Shown here: positions 45,314 to 54,315 of the stretch, in pieces
Position numbering within the stretch: position 1 is the first letter of the stretch
How the letters are laid out: each line of letters starts with the position of its first letter
DNA from: Pyrinomonadaceae bacterium
Lineage (GTDB): Bacteria > Acidobacteriota > Blastocatellia > Pyrinomonadales > Pyrinomonadaceae
Assembly (NCBI GenBank): GCA_035601415.1
Contig: DATNOG010000113.1
Location: 1,890-65,889 of the forward strand
DNA: 64,000 nt
Direction of reading: 5' to 3'
Made by a program: the position numbers and the translations under genes
The notes under the pieces: model-generated
Told to the model about the DNA's origin: nothing
The model's database searches: none
What the model saw: the letters and a program-made list of their open reading frames with translations, nothing else

Positions 45314-47176
45314 ATGTGCGGAATTGTTGGATACGTTGGGAACAAGCAGGTTGTGCCGTTAATCATTGAGGGCCTGCGCAAGCTGGAATATCGCGGCTAC
45401 GATTCGGCGGGCATCGCGGTTGTCAATGAGGGCCACGATCTCGAAATACGTCGGGCCGAAGGGAAACTGCGCAATCTCGAGGAAGCGATCCGCCTAAGTC
45501 CGCTCGATGGCACATACGGAATCGGTCACACGCGCTGGGCCACTCACGGCCGGCCCACCGAAGAGAACGCCCACCCCCACCGAGATTGCACCGGCCGCGT
45601 CGTCGTGGTCCACAACGGCATTATTGAAAACTATTTGCAATTGAAGGAGCGCCTGCGCAAAACCGACCATCAGTTCGTCACTGAAACCGACACCGAGATC
45701 ATCGCCCACTTGATCGAAGAGTATCTGAAAGAAGATCACAACTTCGAAAACGCGGTGCGCCGCGCCATGTTGGATCTAAAGGGCATCTTCGCGCTGTCAA
45801 TCATTAACGCGGACGAGCCGGACACGATCATCGCCGTGCGGCAAGGGCCGCCGGTTGTCATTGGTTTGGGTGATGGCGAATTCTTTGTTGCCTCTGATAT
45901 CCCACCAATTCTGCAACACACGCGCGACGTCTTTTTTCTCGGCGACGGCGAGATGGCTATCCTCGGCAGGGACGCAGTTCGCGTTACCGACTTTGAGGGA
46001 AATTCTGTCCAACCTGCGATCCAACGCATCACCTGGGATCCGATCATGGCGGAAAAAGGCGGCTTCAAACATTTCATGCTCAAAGAAATTTACGAGCAGC
46101 CGCGATCGGTTCGGGACACCGTGCAGGGCCGCATCTCTTTGGACAGTGGTCGCGTGTTTCTTGACGAGATGAAAAACATTACCGAGGCCGACTTCAAAAA
46201 GTTTACCTCGATCAAGATTGCTGCGTGCGGCACGTCATGGCATGCCGGCCTGGCGGGCAAGTACATGATCGAACAGCTCGCACGCATCCCGGTCGAGGTT
46301 GATTATGCGTCGGAGTTTCGTTACCGCGATCCGGTGATGGACGAGAACACGCTGATGCTGGTCATTTCTCAGTCGGGCGAAACGGCAGACACCATCGCCG
46401 CGCTAAGGGAAGCGAAAGAGATGGGCAGCAAAGTGCTGGCCATCTGCAACGTCTTTGGCTCGATGATCACGCGCGAAGCCGACGGCACCGTGCTCACGCA
46501 CGCCGGCCCGGAAATCGGAGTCGCCTCCACCAAAGCTTTCACCTGCCAGATGGTCGCCCTCTATTTGCTCGGGCTCTATCTTGGCAATCTTCGGGGAACG
46601 CTATCGGCTGATGAAGCAAAGCATCATGCACAGCAACTGGCTGAGTTGCCGGTCAAACTTGAACATCTGCTGAATGAATCAGACGACATCGAGGAACTCT
46701 CGAAAGAATTCTTTCGCGTTACGGATTTTCTCTATCTTGGTCGGGGTATAAATTTCCCCGTGGCTTTGGAAGGCGCGCTGAAACTGAAGGAGATCTCCTA
46801 CATTCATGCGGAAGGCTATCCGGCCGGCGAGATGAAACATGGTCCAAACGCGTTAATCGACGAGCGTTTGCCGGTGATGTTCATCAATACGCGCGAAGAC
46901 GGTAATCGCTCGTCGGAACTGCGTTATGAAAAAACGCATTCAAATATTGTTGAGGTTAAAGCGAGGGAAGGCATTGTGATTTCCGTGCTCACCGAAGGCG
47001 ACACGATGTCGTCGGTCGTCTCGGATCACGTCATCAGCATTCCGCCCTCCAGCGATCTGCTATCGCCGATTCTTTCAATCATTCCGCTGCAACTGCTCGC
47101 CTATCACATCGCGGTGCGCCGCGGCTGCGATGTGGACCAGCCAAGGAACCTGGCGAAGTCGGTTACAGTTGAGTAG
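45314..47176 (+). CDS. glmS: glutamine--fructose-6-phosphate aminotransferase
   Basis: 620 aa: MCGIVGYVG.., two SIS domains, C-terminal KSVTVE. Confidence 0.95.
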   Translation: MCGIVGYVGNKQVVPLIIEGLRKLEYRGYDSAGIAVVNEGHDLEIRRAEGKLRNLEEAIRLSPLDGTYGIGHTRWATHGRPTEENAHPHRDCTGRVVVVHNGIIENYLQLKERLRKTDHQFVTETDTEIIAHLIEEYLKEDHNFENAVRRAMLDLKGIFALSIINADEPDTIIAVRQGPPVVIGLGDGEFFVASDIPPILQHTRDVFFLGDGEMAILGRDAVRVTDFEGNSVQPAIQRITWDPIMAEKGGFKHFMLKEIYEQPRSVRDTVQGRISLDSGRVFLDEMKNITEADFKKFTSIKIAACGTSWHAGLAGKYMIEQLARIPVEVDYASEFRYRDPVMDENTLMLVISQSGETADTIAALREAKEMGSKVLAICNVFGSMITREADGTVLTHAGPEIGVASTKAFTCQMVALYLLGLYLGNLRGTLSADEAKHHAQQLAELPVKLEHLLNESDDIEELSKEFFRVTDFLYLGRGINFPVALEGALKLKEISYIHAEGYPAGEMKHGPNALIDERLPVMFINTREDGNRSSELRYEKTHSNIVEVKAREGIVISVLTEGDTMSSVVSDHVISIPPSSDLLSPILSIIPLQLLAYHIAVRRGCDVDQPRNLAKSVTVE

Positions 47177-47188
47177 AAGCTGCAAGTC

Positions 47189-48307
47189 CTATTTTGCGCG
47201 GGCTTCCCTTTCGAGCAGTTTTTTCTTGCGGTCCAAGCCCCAACGATAACCGCCCAAACTCTTGTCTTCACGAATCACGCGATGGCAAGGAATCACAAGC
47301 GCCACTGGATTGGTGGCACAAGCACGCGCAACTGCGCGTACAGCTTTTTCCTGGCCGATGCTTTTTGCAACCTTCGTGTACGAATGAGTTTCGCCAGCGG
47401 GAATTTTTCGTAGTTGTTCCCAAACCTGCCGCTGAAACGCGGTGGCGCGAATATCGAGAGCTAAATCGATGCGCGGAGTCTTGTCGTGGAGATGGTCCAC
47501 AACTGCCGCGAGCGCCGGACGCAGCCGGCCTTCATCAAGCAGGATTTCGGCGGCGAAGAATTCATGCAACAGTTCTGTTTTGAGTGCTTCGTCTGAATCG
47601 CCCAGCTTAACCGAACACACGCCCTTGTCAGTCGCGGCAACCAGCAAACGCCCCAACGGACTATCGCCAATCGCATAACGAATCACGGCGCCACGTCCGC
47701 CTTTGCCATAGGTTGCGGGTGTCATGCCCAACTGTGAAGACGCAAGTTCATATAAGCGGCTGCTGGAGCTAAAGCCCGCTTCGTAGATCGCGTTGGTAAT
47801 TTTCTCGCCCGCCTGGACGCTGTGCCTGAATTTGTTCATGCGCCGCGTCTCGGCATACTCGCTCGGCGACATTCCCATGATGCTTTTGAAAGTCCGCTGT
47901 AGATGAAACGAGCTGACGCCGACTTTTTCACTTAACCGGTCAAGCGTAACGGCCTCACCATCGCTGTTTTCAATCAGATGACAAACCTGTTGCACCATCT
48001 CGACTTGCGGATCAGGTAAGCGCGCGGCATTTGGATGACAACGACGGCAGGCATGAAATCCTGCGCTCTCGGCTGCCGCTGGCAATGCGAAAAATGAAAC
48101 ATTCTCGCGCCTGGGCCGGCGTGACGGACAGGAAGGCCGGCAATAAATGCCAGTGGAACTCACGGCGAATACAAACTGACCGTCAAACCTGCGGTCTTTC
48201 GACAGCACCGCATTCCAGAACTCATCCTGGCTGTCTGGCAACATCGTCATTTGCTCATGCAACACGGCACTCATCTTAACACCTCCCAAACTTCGCTTCA
48301 TTTCCAA
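47189..48307 (-). CDS. ada: Ada-type bifunctional regulator / O6-methylguanine-DNA methyltransferase
   Basis: 372 aa. Ada Zn region FVFAVSSTGIYCRPSCPSRRPRRENVSFF, an AraC-type HTH, and the C-terminal PCHRV active site. The exact start is uncertain. Confidence 0.88.
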   Translation of the reverse strand: MEMKRSLGGVKMSAVLHEQMTMLPDSQDEFWNAVLSKDRRFDGQFVFAVSSTGIYCRPSCPSRRPRRENVSFFALPAAAESAGFHACRRCHPNAARLPDPQVEMVQQVCHLIENSDGEAVTLDRLSEKVGVSSFHLQRTFKSIMGMSPSEYAETRRMNKFRHSVQAGEKITNAIYEAGFSSSSRLYELASSQLGMTPATYGKGGRGAVIRYAIGDSPLGRLLVAATDKGVCSVKLGDSDEALKTELLHEFFAAEILLDEGRLRPALAAVVDHLHDKTPRIDLALDIRATAFQRQVWEQLRKIPAGETHSYTKVAKSIGQEKAVRAVARACATNPVALVIPCHRVIREDKSLGGYRWGLDRKKKLLEREARAK

Positions 48308-48366
48308 CCGCGTGTGATATTAACGACTGAGCGCCAGCGAATCTATCCGATTCTTGCGGTCAAACT

Positions 48367-48404
48367 AAGTAAGTGTGAGCCGTGAGCAGTGAGCAGTAAG
48401 CCGC
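48367..48404. repeat. left heptad arm (GTGAGCC/GTAAGCC family) of the cassette around the four-helix-bundle gene
   Basis: taagtaagtGTGAGCCGTGAGCAGTGAGCAGTAAGCCg. It pairs 24/28 by eye with the reverse complement of 48901-48932. Confidence 0.8.
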
Positions 48405-48524
48405 AAAAGAGGTTAGAAGCTTTTCGCGACCCTGAACGGTGTGCTTAAATAAACCACACCCTGCCTTTGGATCTTTAAATCGCCGCATCAAGGATCCCTT
48501 TACCAATCTGCGAAAGGGTGCATC

Positions 48525-48884
48525 ATGGACAAACCACATAAGCGGCTGCTCGCGTGGCAGAAGAGCATGAATTTGGTGGTCGACATATATGAATTAACCA
48601 AGAGCTTTCCACGAGATGAGATTTATGGGCTCACCTCTCAAGTTCGCCGTGCCTCAGTGTCGGTGCCCTCGAACATAAGTGAGGGCGCCACTGGTCGCTC
48701 AGTGTCGCAGTTCCGAAATTTCTTGAGCGTGGCGATCGGTTCGCTAAATGAAATTAGCACTCAACTTGAAATCGCATATCGCGTTGGCTACCTTGATAAG
48801 CGGAAGCTCGATGCAATAGAAAAGCAAGTAGACGATTGTCTAGCGCTGACGTATGGCCTGCGAAAGAGCCTGAGAGAAAACTGA
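48525..48884 (+). CDS. four-helix-bundle protein (23S rRNA intervening-sequence protein / Avd-like family)
   Basis: 119 aa: LLAWQKSMNLVVDIYELTKSFPRDEIYGLTSQVRRASVSVPSNISEGATGRS..FRNFLSVAIGSLNEISTQLEIA..GYL. Confidence 0.85.
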   Translation: MDKPHKRLLAWQKSMNLVVDIYELTKSFPRDEIYGLTSQVRRASVSVPSNISEGATGRSVSQFRNFLSVAIGSLNEISTQLEIAYRVGYLDKRKLDAIEKQVDDCLALTYGLRKSLREN

Positions 48885-48900
48885 AGTGCTTTTGGTTTTT

Positions 48901-48932
48901 CGGCTCACTGCTAACTGCTCACCGCTTACTGG
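48901..48932. repeat. right heptad arm of the cassette
   Basis: cGGCTCACTGCTAACTGCTCACCGCTTACtgg. It ends 2 nt before the uvrD ATG. Confidence 0.8.
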
Positions 48933-48934
48933 TT

Positions 48935-51370
48935 ATGGATTTTCTTTCTTCCTTAAATCCCGAACAACAGATCGCCGTCCAGCATACTGAAGGGCCGTTG
49001 CTGATCCTTGCGGGCGCGGGCTCGGGGAAGACGCGCGTCATTGCGCACCGCATTGCGTACCTCATTGCGGAAAAAGGGGTGGCGCCGTGGAACATTCTCG
49101 CGGTTACTTTTACTAACAAGGCTGCGGAAGAGATGCGTTTGCGCGTGCAGCGTCTGCTGCGTGATCAGGAGCTTTCCAGTGCGCCGCTCGTCTCCACGTT
49201 TCACAGTTTGTGCGTGCGCATATTGCGGCAGGACATCGAAAAACTAAACGATAAATACAACCGCACCTTCACCATCTACGACCAGGATGATTCGCAGCGA
49301 CTAATTAAGAATTGCATAAAGGATCTTGGTTACGACGAGAAGTACCTGGGCGTGCGCGCTACGCAGTCGACTATTAGTTCTGCGAAGAATCGCGGCGAAG
49401 ACGTAGACGCGTTTGCGGCCCGTGCTGATTACGTGGACGAACGCCGAGCTGCGATGGCCCGCGTTTACAAGCTGTATGAGGAACGCCTGCACGCCAACAA
49501 CGCACTCGATTTTGACGACCTGATGATCAAAGCCGTGCGCTTGCTGCGTGACGTTCCCGAAGTACGCGAGAAATACAACAACAAGTTCAAATACATTTTG
49601 GTGGATGAATACCAGGATACAAACTCGCTCCAGTTTGCTTTAATTAGCTTGCTAACTGAGAAGCAGCAAAACATCGCGGTGGTGGGTGATGAGGATCAGT
49701 CGATCTATAAATGGCGCGGCGCCGACATCACCAATATCCTCAACTTCGAAAAGCATTTCCCTAACACCAGGACGATTCGCCTCGAACAAAACTATCGTTC
49801 GACACAGACGATCCTTGACGTTGCCGGCGCAGTGGTGAAACACAATTTCGAGCGCAAGGGGAAGAGCCTCTGGACGTCGAACCCGAAAGGCGAACTCGTT
49901 CGTTATTACCAGGCTTTCGATGCCGAAGCGGAAGCACGCTGGGTAGCATCGAAGATCGTTGAGCATCGACGCGAGGAATACGACCTGCGCGCGGCTGTTT
50001 TGTACCGCACGAATTCCCAATCCCGAGTTTTCGAAGAAGCGATGCGCCGCGTGGGTTTGGCTTACAACATCGTGGGTGGCTTTTCGTTTTACGAGCGCAT
50101 GGAAGTGCGCGACATCATCGCGTATCTAAAATTGGCCCTGAACCCGAACGATTCCATCGCGCTGCAACGAGTGATTAACAGTCCACCGCGCGGTATTGGC
50201 AAACAAACCCTCGACGAGCTTACTCGGCGCGCAAATGACTTTGATCTAACACTGTGGGAAACGATCAAGCTGGTCACTGAAAAGCCCGACGGCCTGAGCA
50301 TGCGCGCGGTTTCGGCGTTGCGAAGCTTTCGCAGGATCATCTTGCGTCTTGGTGAAATGGCCGGAGTAGACAACAATCCGACAACTGCCGAAGGCTCTAC
50401 ACCCAACACCCAACAGCCAACAACCTCGGACGCCGTCGTCTCCGATATCGTTAAAGCCGCCATCCTCGACACTGGTTACGAGAATGCGCTCAAAGGCGAA
50501 AAGACCGACGAAGCGGAAGCGCGGTTGGAAAATTTGCAGGAACTGGTCAACGCCGCGGTCGACTATGACGACGAGGGCATTGAAGGCTTGCGAGAGTTTA
50601 TCGATCACTCCGCTTTGGTTTCCGATCAGGATCAATACAAACGCGACGCGCCCGTAACACTGATGACGGCGCACTCGGCCAAGGGTCTTGAGTTCCCTGT
50701 CGTCTTTATCGCCGGTCTCGAAGATGGTCTATTTCCGCACTCGCGATCGGCAACAGACCCGGCAGAGATGGAAGAAGAGCGTCGTCTTTGTTATGTAGCG
50801 ATGACGCGCGCGGAAAAGTTTTTATATGTTACGCACGCGATGAAACGTCGCGTGTATGGCGAGGAGCTGCCCTCCGAACCTTCGCAGTTCTTAAACGAAA
50901 TGCCGTTGGAGTTAATGGAAGACTTGTCACTGGGAAAATCCTGGTTGTCGTTCGCCCGGGGTTCAGCGGCGATTGATTACGAACAGGGTGAGTATCGCAA
51001 GGAGAAAAAGAAGTACGCCGGAAAAACTTACGACAGCGTGGATTCCATCGCCGATTTCTTCAAGCAGCGCGCAGCGCAACTTGGCAATACTGGAGGCGGC
51101 TTTCAGTCGAGTAAGGAACAGCGCGAGCGGGACAAGAGCTCGATAGTTAGAAAAAGCTCTGCGCGAGTCCAAAGTCCGACACTCGACACCGGACAGCCGA
51201 CACCTCCCTCCGAATTCTTGCCCGGCTCTTACGTAAAGCATGCGAAATACGGTCGCGGACTGGTGCTGCGCCGCGAAGGTGCCGGCGATTCTCTTAAACT
51301 CACAGTTACATTTCCCGGTTACGGTCAGAAGAAACTAGTGCAAAAGTATGCCGGACTCGAAAAGGCTTAA
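48935..51370 (+). CDS. uvrD: UvrD/PcrA-family ATP-dependent DNA helicase with a C-terminal Tudor-like tail
   Basis: MDFLSSLNPEQQIAVQHTEGPLLILAGAGSGKTRV..VDEYQDTN... Start trimmed to ATG 48935; the ORF-track extension reads through the repeat arm. Confidence 0.93.
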   Translation: MDFLSSLNPEQQIAVQHTEGPLLILAGAGSGKTRVIAHRIAYLIAEKGVAPWNILAVTFTNKAAEEMRLRVQRLLRDQELSSAPLVSTFHSLCVRILRQDIEKLNDKYNRTFTIYDQDDSQRLIKNCIKDLGYDEKYLGVRATQSTISSAKNRGEDVDAFAARADYVDERRAAMARVYKLYEERLHANNALDFDDLMIKAVRLLRDVPEVREKYNNKFKYILVDEYQDTNSLQFALISLLTEKQQNIAVVGDEDQSIYKWRGADITNILNFEKHFPNTRTIRLEQNYRSTQTILDVAGAVVKHNFERKGKSLWTSNPKGELVRYYQAFDAEAEARWVASKIVEHRREEYDLRAAVLYRTNSQSRVFEEAMRRVGLAYNIVGGFSFYERMEVRDIIAYLKLALNPNDSIALQRVINSPPRGIGKQTLDELTRRANDFDLTLWETIKLVTEKPDGLSMRAVSALRSFRRIILRLGEMAGVDNNPTTAEGSTPNTQQPTTSDAVVSDIVKAAILDTGYENALKGEKTDEAEARLENLQELVNAAVDYDDEGIEGLREFIDHSALVSDQDQYKRDAPVTLMTAHSAKGLEFPVVFIAGLEDGLFPHSRSATDPAEMEEERRLCYVAMTRAEKFLYVTHAMKRRVYGEELPSEPSQFLNEMPLELMEDLSLGKSWLSFARGSAAIDYEQGEYRKEKKKYAGKTYDSVDSIADFFKQRAAQLGNTGGGFQSSKEQRERDKSSIVRKSSARVQSPTLDTGQPTPPSEFLPGSYVKHAKYGRGLVLRREGAGDSLKLTVTFPGYGQKKLVQKYAGLEKA
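51174..51204. repeat. heptad array (NCCGACA x4) embedded in the uvrD C-terminal linker
   Basis: gtccgacactcgacaccggacagccgacacc encodes ..SPTLDTGQPTP... It is the reverse-complement type of the GTGTCGG/GGTGTCA arm at 35.8 kb. Confidence 0.5.
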
Positions 51371-51571
51371 AAGTTTCGCGGCTTAGTTAACCGGCCATTT
51401 CAGCTTGCCGTCCGATTAGCGTCGATAAGCCAAAAATCTTGCGCCCCGCGGTGCGCTCGCATAACATCAGTCGCGCCCGTCGCCGGCTGGCGCCTGATGC
51501 CGGCAGCGCGCGCTCCAACCATACTTCAGCGTCCAACGAAAAGTTACCTTCGTTTCAAAGGAGAGTCGATC

Positions 51572-52288
51572 ATGAAACGCAGAATGTTTTGGGCAACCAT
51601 CTTAACGATCGCTGCTCTTGCATACGTGCCAAATTTCAAAGCTGGTGGACATCGCACAGTAAAATGTCCGGGAGATAATGCAGTCTCACTGGAACTTAAA
51701 TTCATGAAAAAGAGAGCAAACCCGCTGCAGCGCTTTTTCTCTATGCTCGATGGACCAAATGGTTTTGCCACTGGTTTTCTGGTAGGCGATCAGTTGGTAA
51801 TGACGGCCTATCATGCGGTGTCTGGAGATCTCAGCGTTTCTAAAAAAGTGCAGCTGGGATTCGCGCCAGACGATGAATTGGAAGTTGAGGTCTACGTGCA
51901 GGGCTGCCAGGCAAGTGTGATCAAGTTTGATGAAGCAGCCGATTTGGCTTTATTGCAAATTTGTCAAAAACAAAAACATGCGGTAGCCCCGGCATTCCAA
52001 TCGAGTCTCAGCAAAGATGAAAAGCTGTTTGTGGTCGCCCGCCCGCATGGTAACAAGCTGATGAGAAGGGGCGTTTTTTACGGGCCGTACGAATTGCGCG
52101 GCCAGCAATTCAGTTTGGCGACGATCGAGGGCCGCGATGGTTATTCGGGCAGTCCGGTTTACAATCAACAAGCGGAAATTGTAGGTGTCTTCAGCGGTTA
52201 CGATCCGCGGCAAAAACTGGCGGTCATTAGTCCGGGGTTAAGTGCGCAAAAGCTGCTGGATGATTACATTGCTGCGCCGAAGCCATGA
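51572..52288 (+). CDS. secreted trypsin-like (S1/PA clan) serine peptidase
   Basis: Start at ATG 51572 after AAAGGAGAG. Signal MKRRMFWATILTIAALA. Triad context TAYHAV, ADLALLQI, DGYSGSPVY. Confidence 0.75.
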   Translation: MKRRMFWATILTIAALAYVPNFKAGGHRTVKCPGDNAVSLELKFMKKRANPLQRFFSMLDGPNGFATGFLVGDQLVMTAYHAVSGDLSVSKKVQLGFAPDDELEVEVYVQGCQASVIKFDEAADLALLQICQKQKHAVAPAFQSSLSKDEKLFVVARPHGNKLMRRGVFYGPYELRGQQFSLATIEGRDGYSGSPVYNQQAEIVGVFSGYDPRQKLAVISPGLSAQKLLDDYIAAPKP

Positions 52289-52398
52289 CTGCAAGTTTGG
52301 AACCAGCGGCGGTGCAGCAAAGGTAGAGTCAGCAAACGGGAATTGATTTGGAAGACTCGCAACCACACCGGAAAAGGCGCGGCTTTCTAAACCCGGAA

Positions 52399-52590
52399 AT
52401 GGTCAGAAGCATTTCTTTCTGGACCACGAGCGCCTGCATTTTAGTGGCAGTGCTCTCGGCGCTCCTGGCGATTTGGAAATTTGCGGGCACAGATATTCTC
52501 TGGCGCACGGTCGCAACCTGCGCCGTCATTGGTAGCGGCACTGTTGCCTTCTATTGGATCAATGTGTTGTTTGGCAAAACTTCAGACTAG
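52399..52590 (+). CDS. hypothetical small 2-TM membrane protein
   Basis: 63 aa from ATG 52399 (the ORF track gives TTG at 52348). FWTTSACILVAVLSALLAIW and VATCAVIGSGTVAFYWINVLF. No family recognised. Confidence 0.35.
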   Translation: MVRSISFWTTSACILVAVLSALLAIWKFAGTDILWRTVATCAVIGSGTVAFYWINVLFGKTSD

Positions 52591-52924
52591 TCTGTCCGAC
52601 AAACTGCTGAGTTCTGTCTGATGGACTAGCAACAGATGCCGCGCGTCTGTGCGCTACCATCGCAGAAGGCAGGCTTCACTATGATCCAGGTGACCACCGT
52701 TCCCACCGCGGCTGCTGCAATAACTATCCAACTCTTGGTTGATAGCCCGCTTCCCGGTTTTTTCACTTCAGCAACATCAGCATAACGACATTCCATGCAC
52801 TTATTTGAAGCCAGGAGAAGCAAAAGCCCGCTCTTATTGGATAACTTCGGAGGCCAGAGACTTGATAGGAGCGCAAAGATAGTCCGCGCTTAGGTAGGTT
52901 TATCTGACGGTGATAGGACCGGCA

Positions 52925-53011
52925 GTAGGACAGACATTCCTGTCTGTCCATTCGCTGGTTCGGCTTCGCTCATCAAACGAAAAGAGGGACAGGCAGGAAT
53001 GCCTGTCCTAC
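52925..53011. repeat. REPIN-like doublet (GGACAG hairpin family)
   Basis: gtaggacagacattcctgtctgtcc (52925-49), 37 bp, ggacaggcaggaatgcctgtcctac (52987-53011). Each unit is a perfect 9-bp stem with a 4-nt loop. Confidence 0.9.
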
Positions 53012-54192
53012 TAGGGTGTTGGTGGCGCCGCCGGCCTGTTGAATTTGGTTGCGTCAACCGGCACGTTCAGTTTGACTTCAGTAAACTTTCGCGTTGAGGT
53101 GATGTTCGGATCGACCGAGGAAATACGAATCGTAAACGGCATCATCAAGCCATCGACGCTCTTGTAGTCTTCGAAGTCAACCTGCTCAGGAATCATACCA
53201 ATCATTGTCGGCAGGCTACTGATGCGACGAATAAGCAACCCCGTACGCACGTCGAAGTAGAGTCGCTCGCGCCGATTGTCTGTGGTCATGCCGCGTAACA
53301 CATAAACCTCTCGGTCGCTGATCTTTTCTTTGCCGCCAAACATCAAGCGCGTGAATTGTTCTTTAAGCTTGATGTCTTTGAACAAATCCAGATAGCGGTG
53401 CAGGTTCGCAAGCTCTTCTCCTTCGATCGTGCGCACGCCCCGACCGCTCTTTTCCCAGCCTACCCGGCCGTCAAAGCCTCTTTCGAAGAGACCCTGCTTT
53501 GAGGTATTCAGTACGGCGTAAAACTTGTCTGGCCCCGATTGATAAACCTCATAACCCCATGTCATTCCATTGCTGGTAAGCCAATCGCCTTTGATAGCCC
53601 GCGTTTTCAGTTTCTCAATCGCTGCGTTACCGCCAAGGGCTTCCAGGTATTTTGCGAGAATCTGATCGGCGGTTGGTGCATCCTCTGCCGCTTTTGCTTC
53701 GCCGGGCTTCGTCTCGGTGGCAGACGGCTGGGACACTGCTGCCGCAATTGGAAGCGATGGGATGCTCACAGGAGAAGTGCGTCCGCGGTGGCAGGTGTAA
53801 CAACTCACTTCAGTGTTGCCGCGAAAAGTGTCCTTGTTTACAGCCAGGACCATCTTGATCATTTCACGCGCAGTGTTCTTCTCCGGTTTCTCGTCGGTGA
53901 CAAAGTCCCACTTGTCGTCTTTGTTCACATGACAGTACGTACAGCGAACACCGAGCGACGAGCTCATAAAATTCATCACCGGAATCAATTGCGACTTTGG
54001 CAAGCCGTTTAGCACCTTGATGTTTTTTTGTACCTGTTCAACCGTCTTTTCGGGAGGCGGGCCAGCGGCAACGGGCTGCTGGTTCGATGACTGTCCTACC
54101 GGCGCGAACGCAACGAGTCCGGCGCAAGCGACGAAGAGCGCCGTTACGCACATCACGAGGAAACGCGATTTATTAATGGCTTGATTTTTCAT
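53011..54192 (-). CDS. dihaem c-type cytochrome (reaction-centre cytochrome-c-subunit-like N-domain) fused to a ~200-aa domain of unknown function
   Basis: CTYCH and CYTCH motifs. Signal/TM FLVMCVTALFVACAG. Start set at ATG 54192, 6 nt after GGAAAG. Confidence 0.75.
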   Translation of the reverse strand: MKNQAINKSRFLVMCVTALFVACAGLVAFAPVGQSSNQQPVAAGPPPEKTVEQVQKNIKVLNGLPKSQLIPVMNFMSSSLGVRCTYCHVNKDDKWDFVTDEKPEKNTAREMIKMVLAVNKDTFRGNTEVSCYTCHRGRTSPVSIPSLPIAAAVSQPSATETKPGEAKAAEDAPTADQILAKYLEALGGNAAIEKLKTRAIKGDWLTSNGMTWGYEVYQSGPDKFYAVLNTSKQGLFERGFDGRVGWEKSGRGVRTIEGEELANLHRYLDLFKDIKLKEQFTRLMFGGKEKISDREVYVLRGMTTDNRRERLYFDVRTGLLIRRISSLPTMIGMIPEQVDFEDYKSVDGLMMPFTIRISSVDPNITSTRKFTEVKLNVPVDATKFNRPAAPPTP

Positions 54193-54315
54193 GGTCATCT
54201 TTCCAGACGTAGCCAAACTTCAGGCGTGAACCTGAGCATACAGATAACAAACCAGGCAGACCGTTCACTGTGATCGATTGCCCGGCGTTTAAGATTTCAC
54301 TCCGATTGGGAAAAA

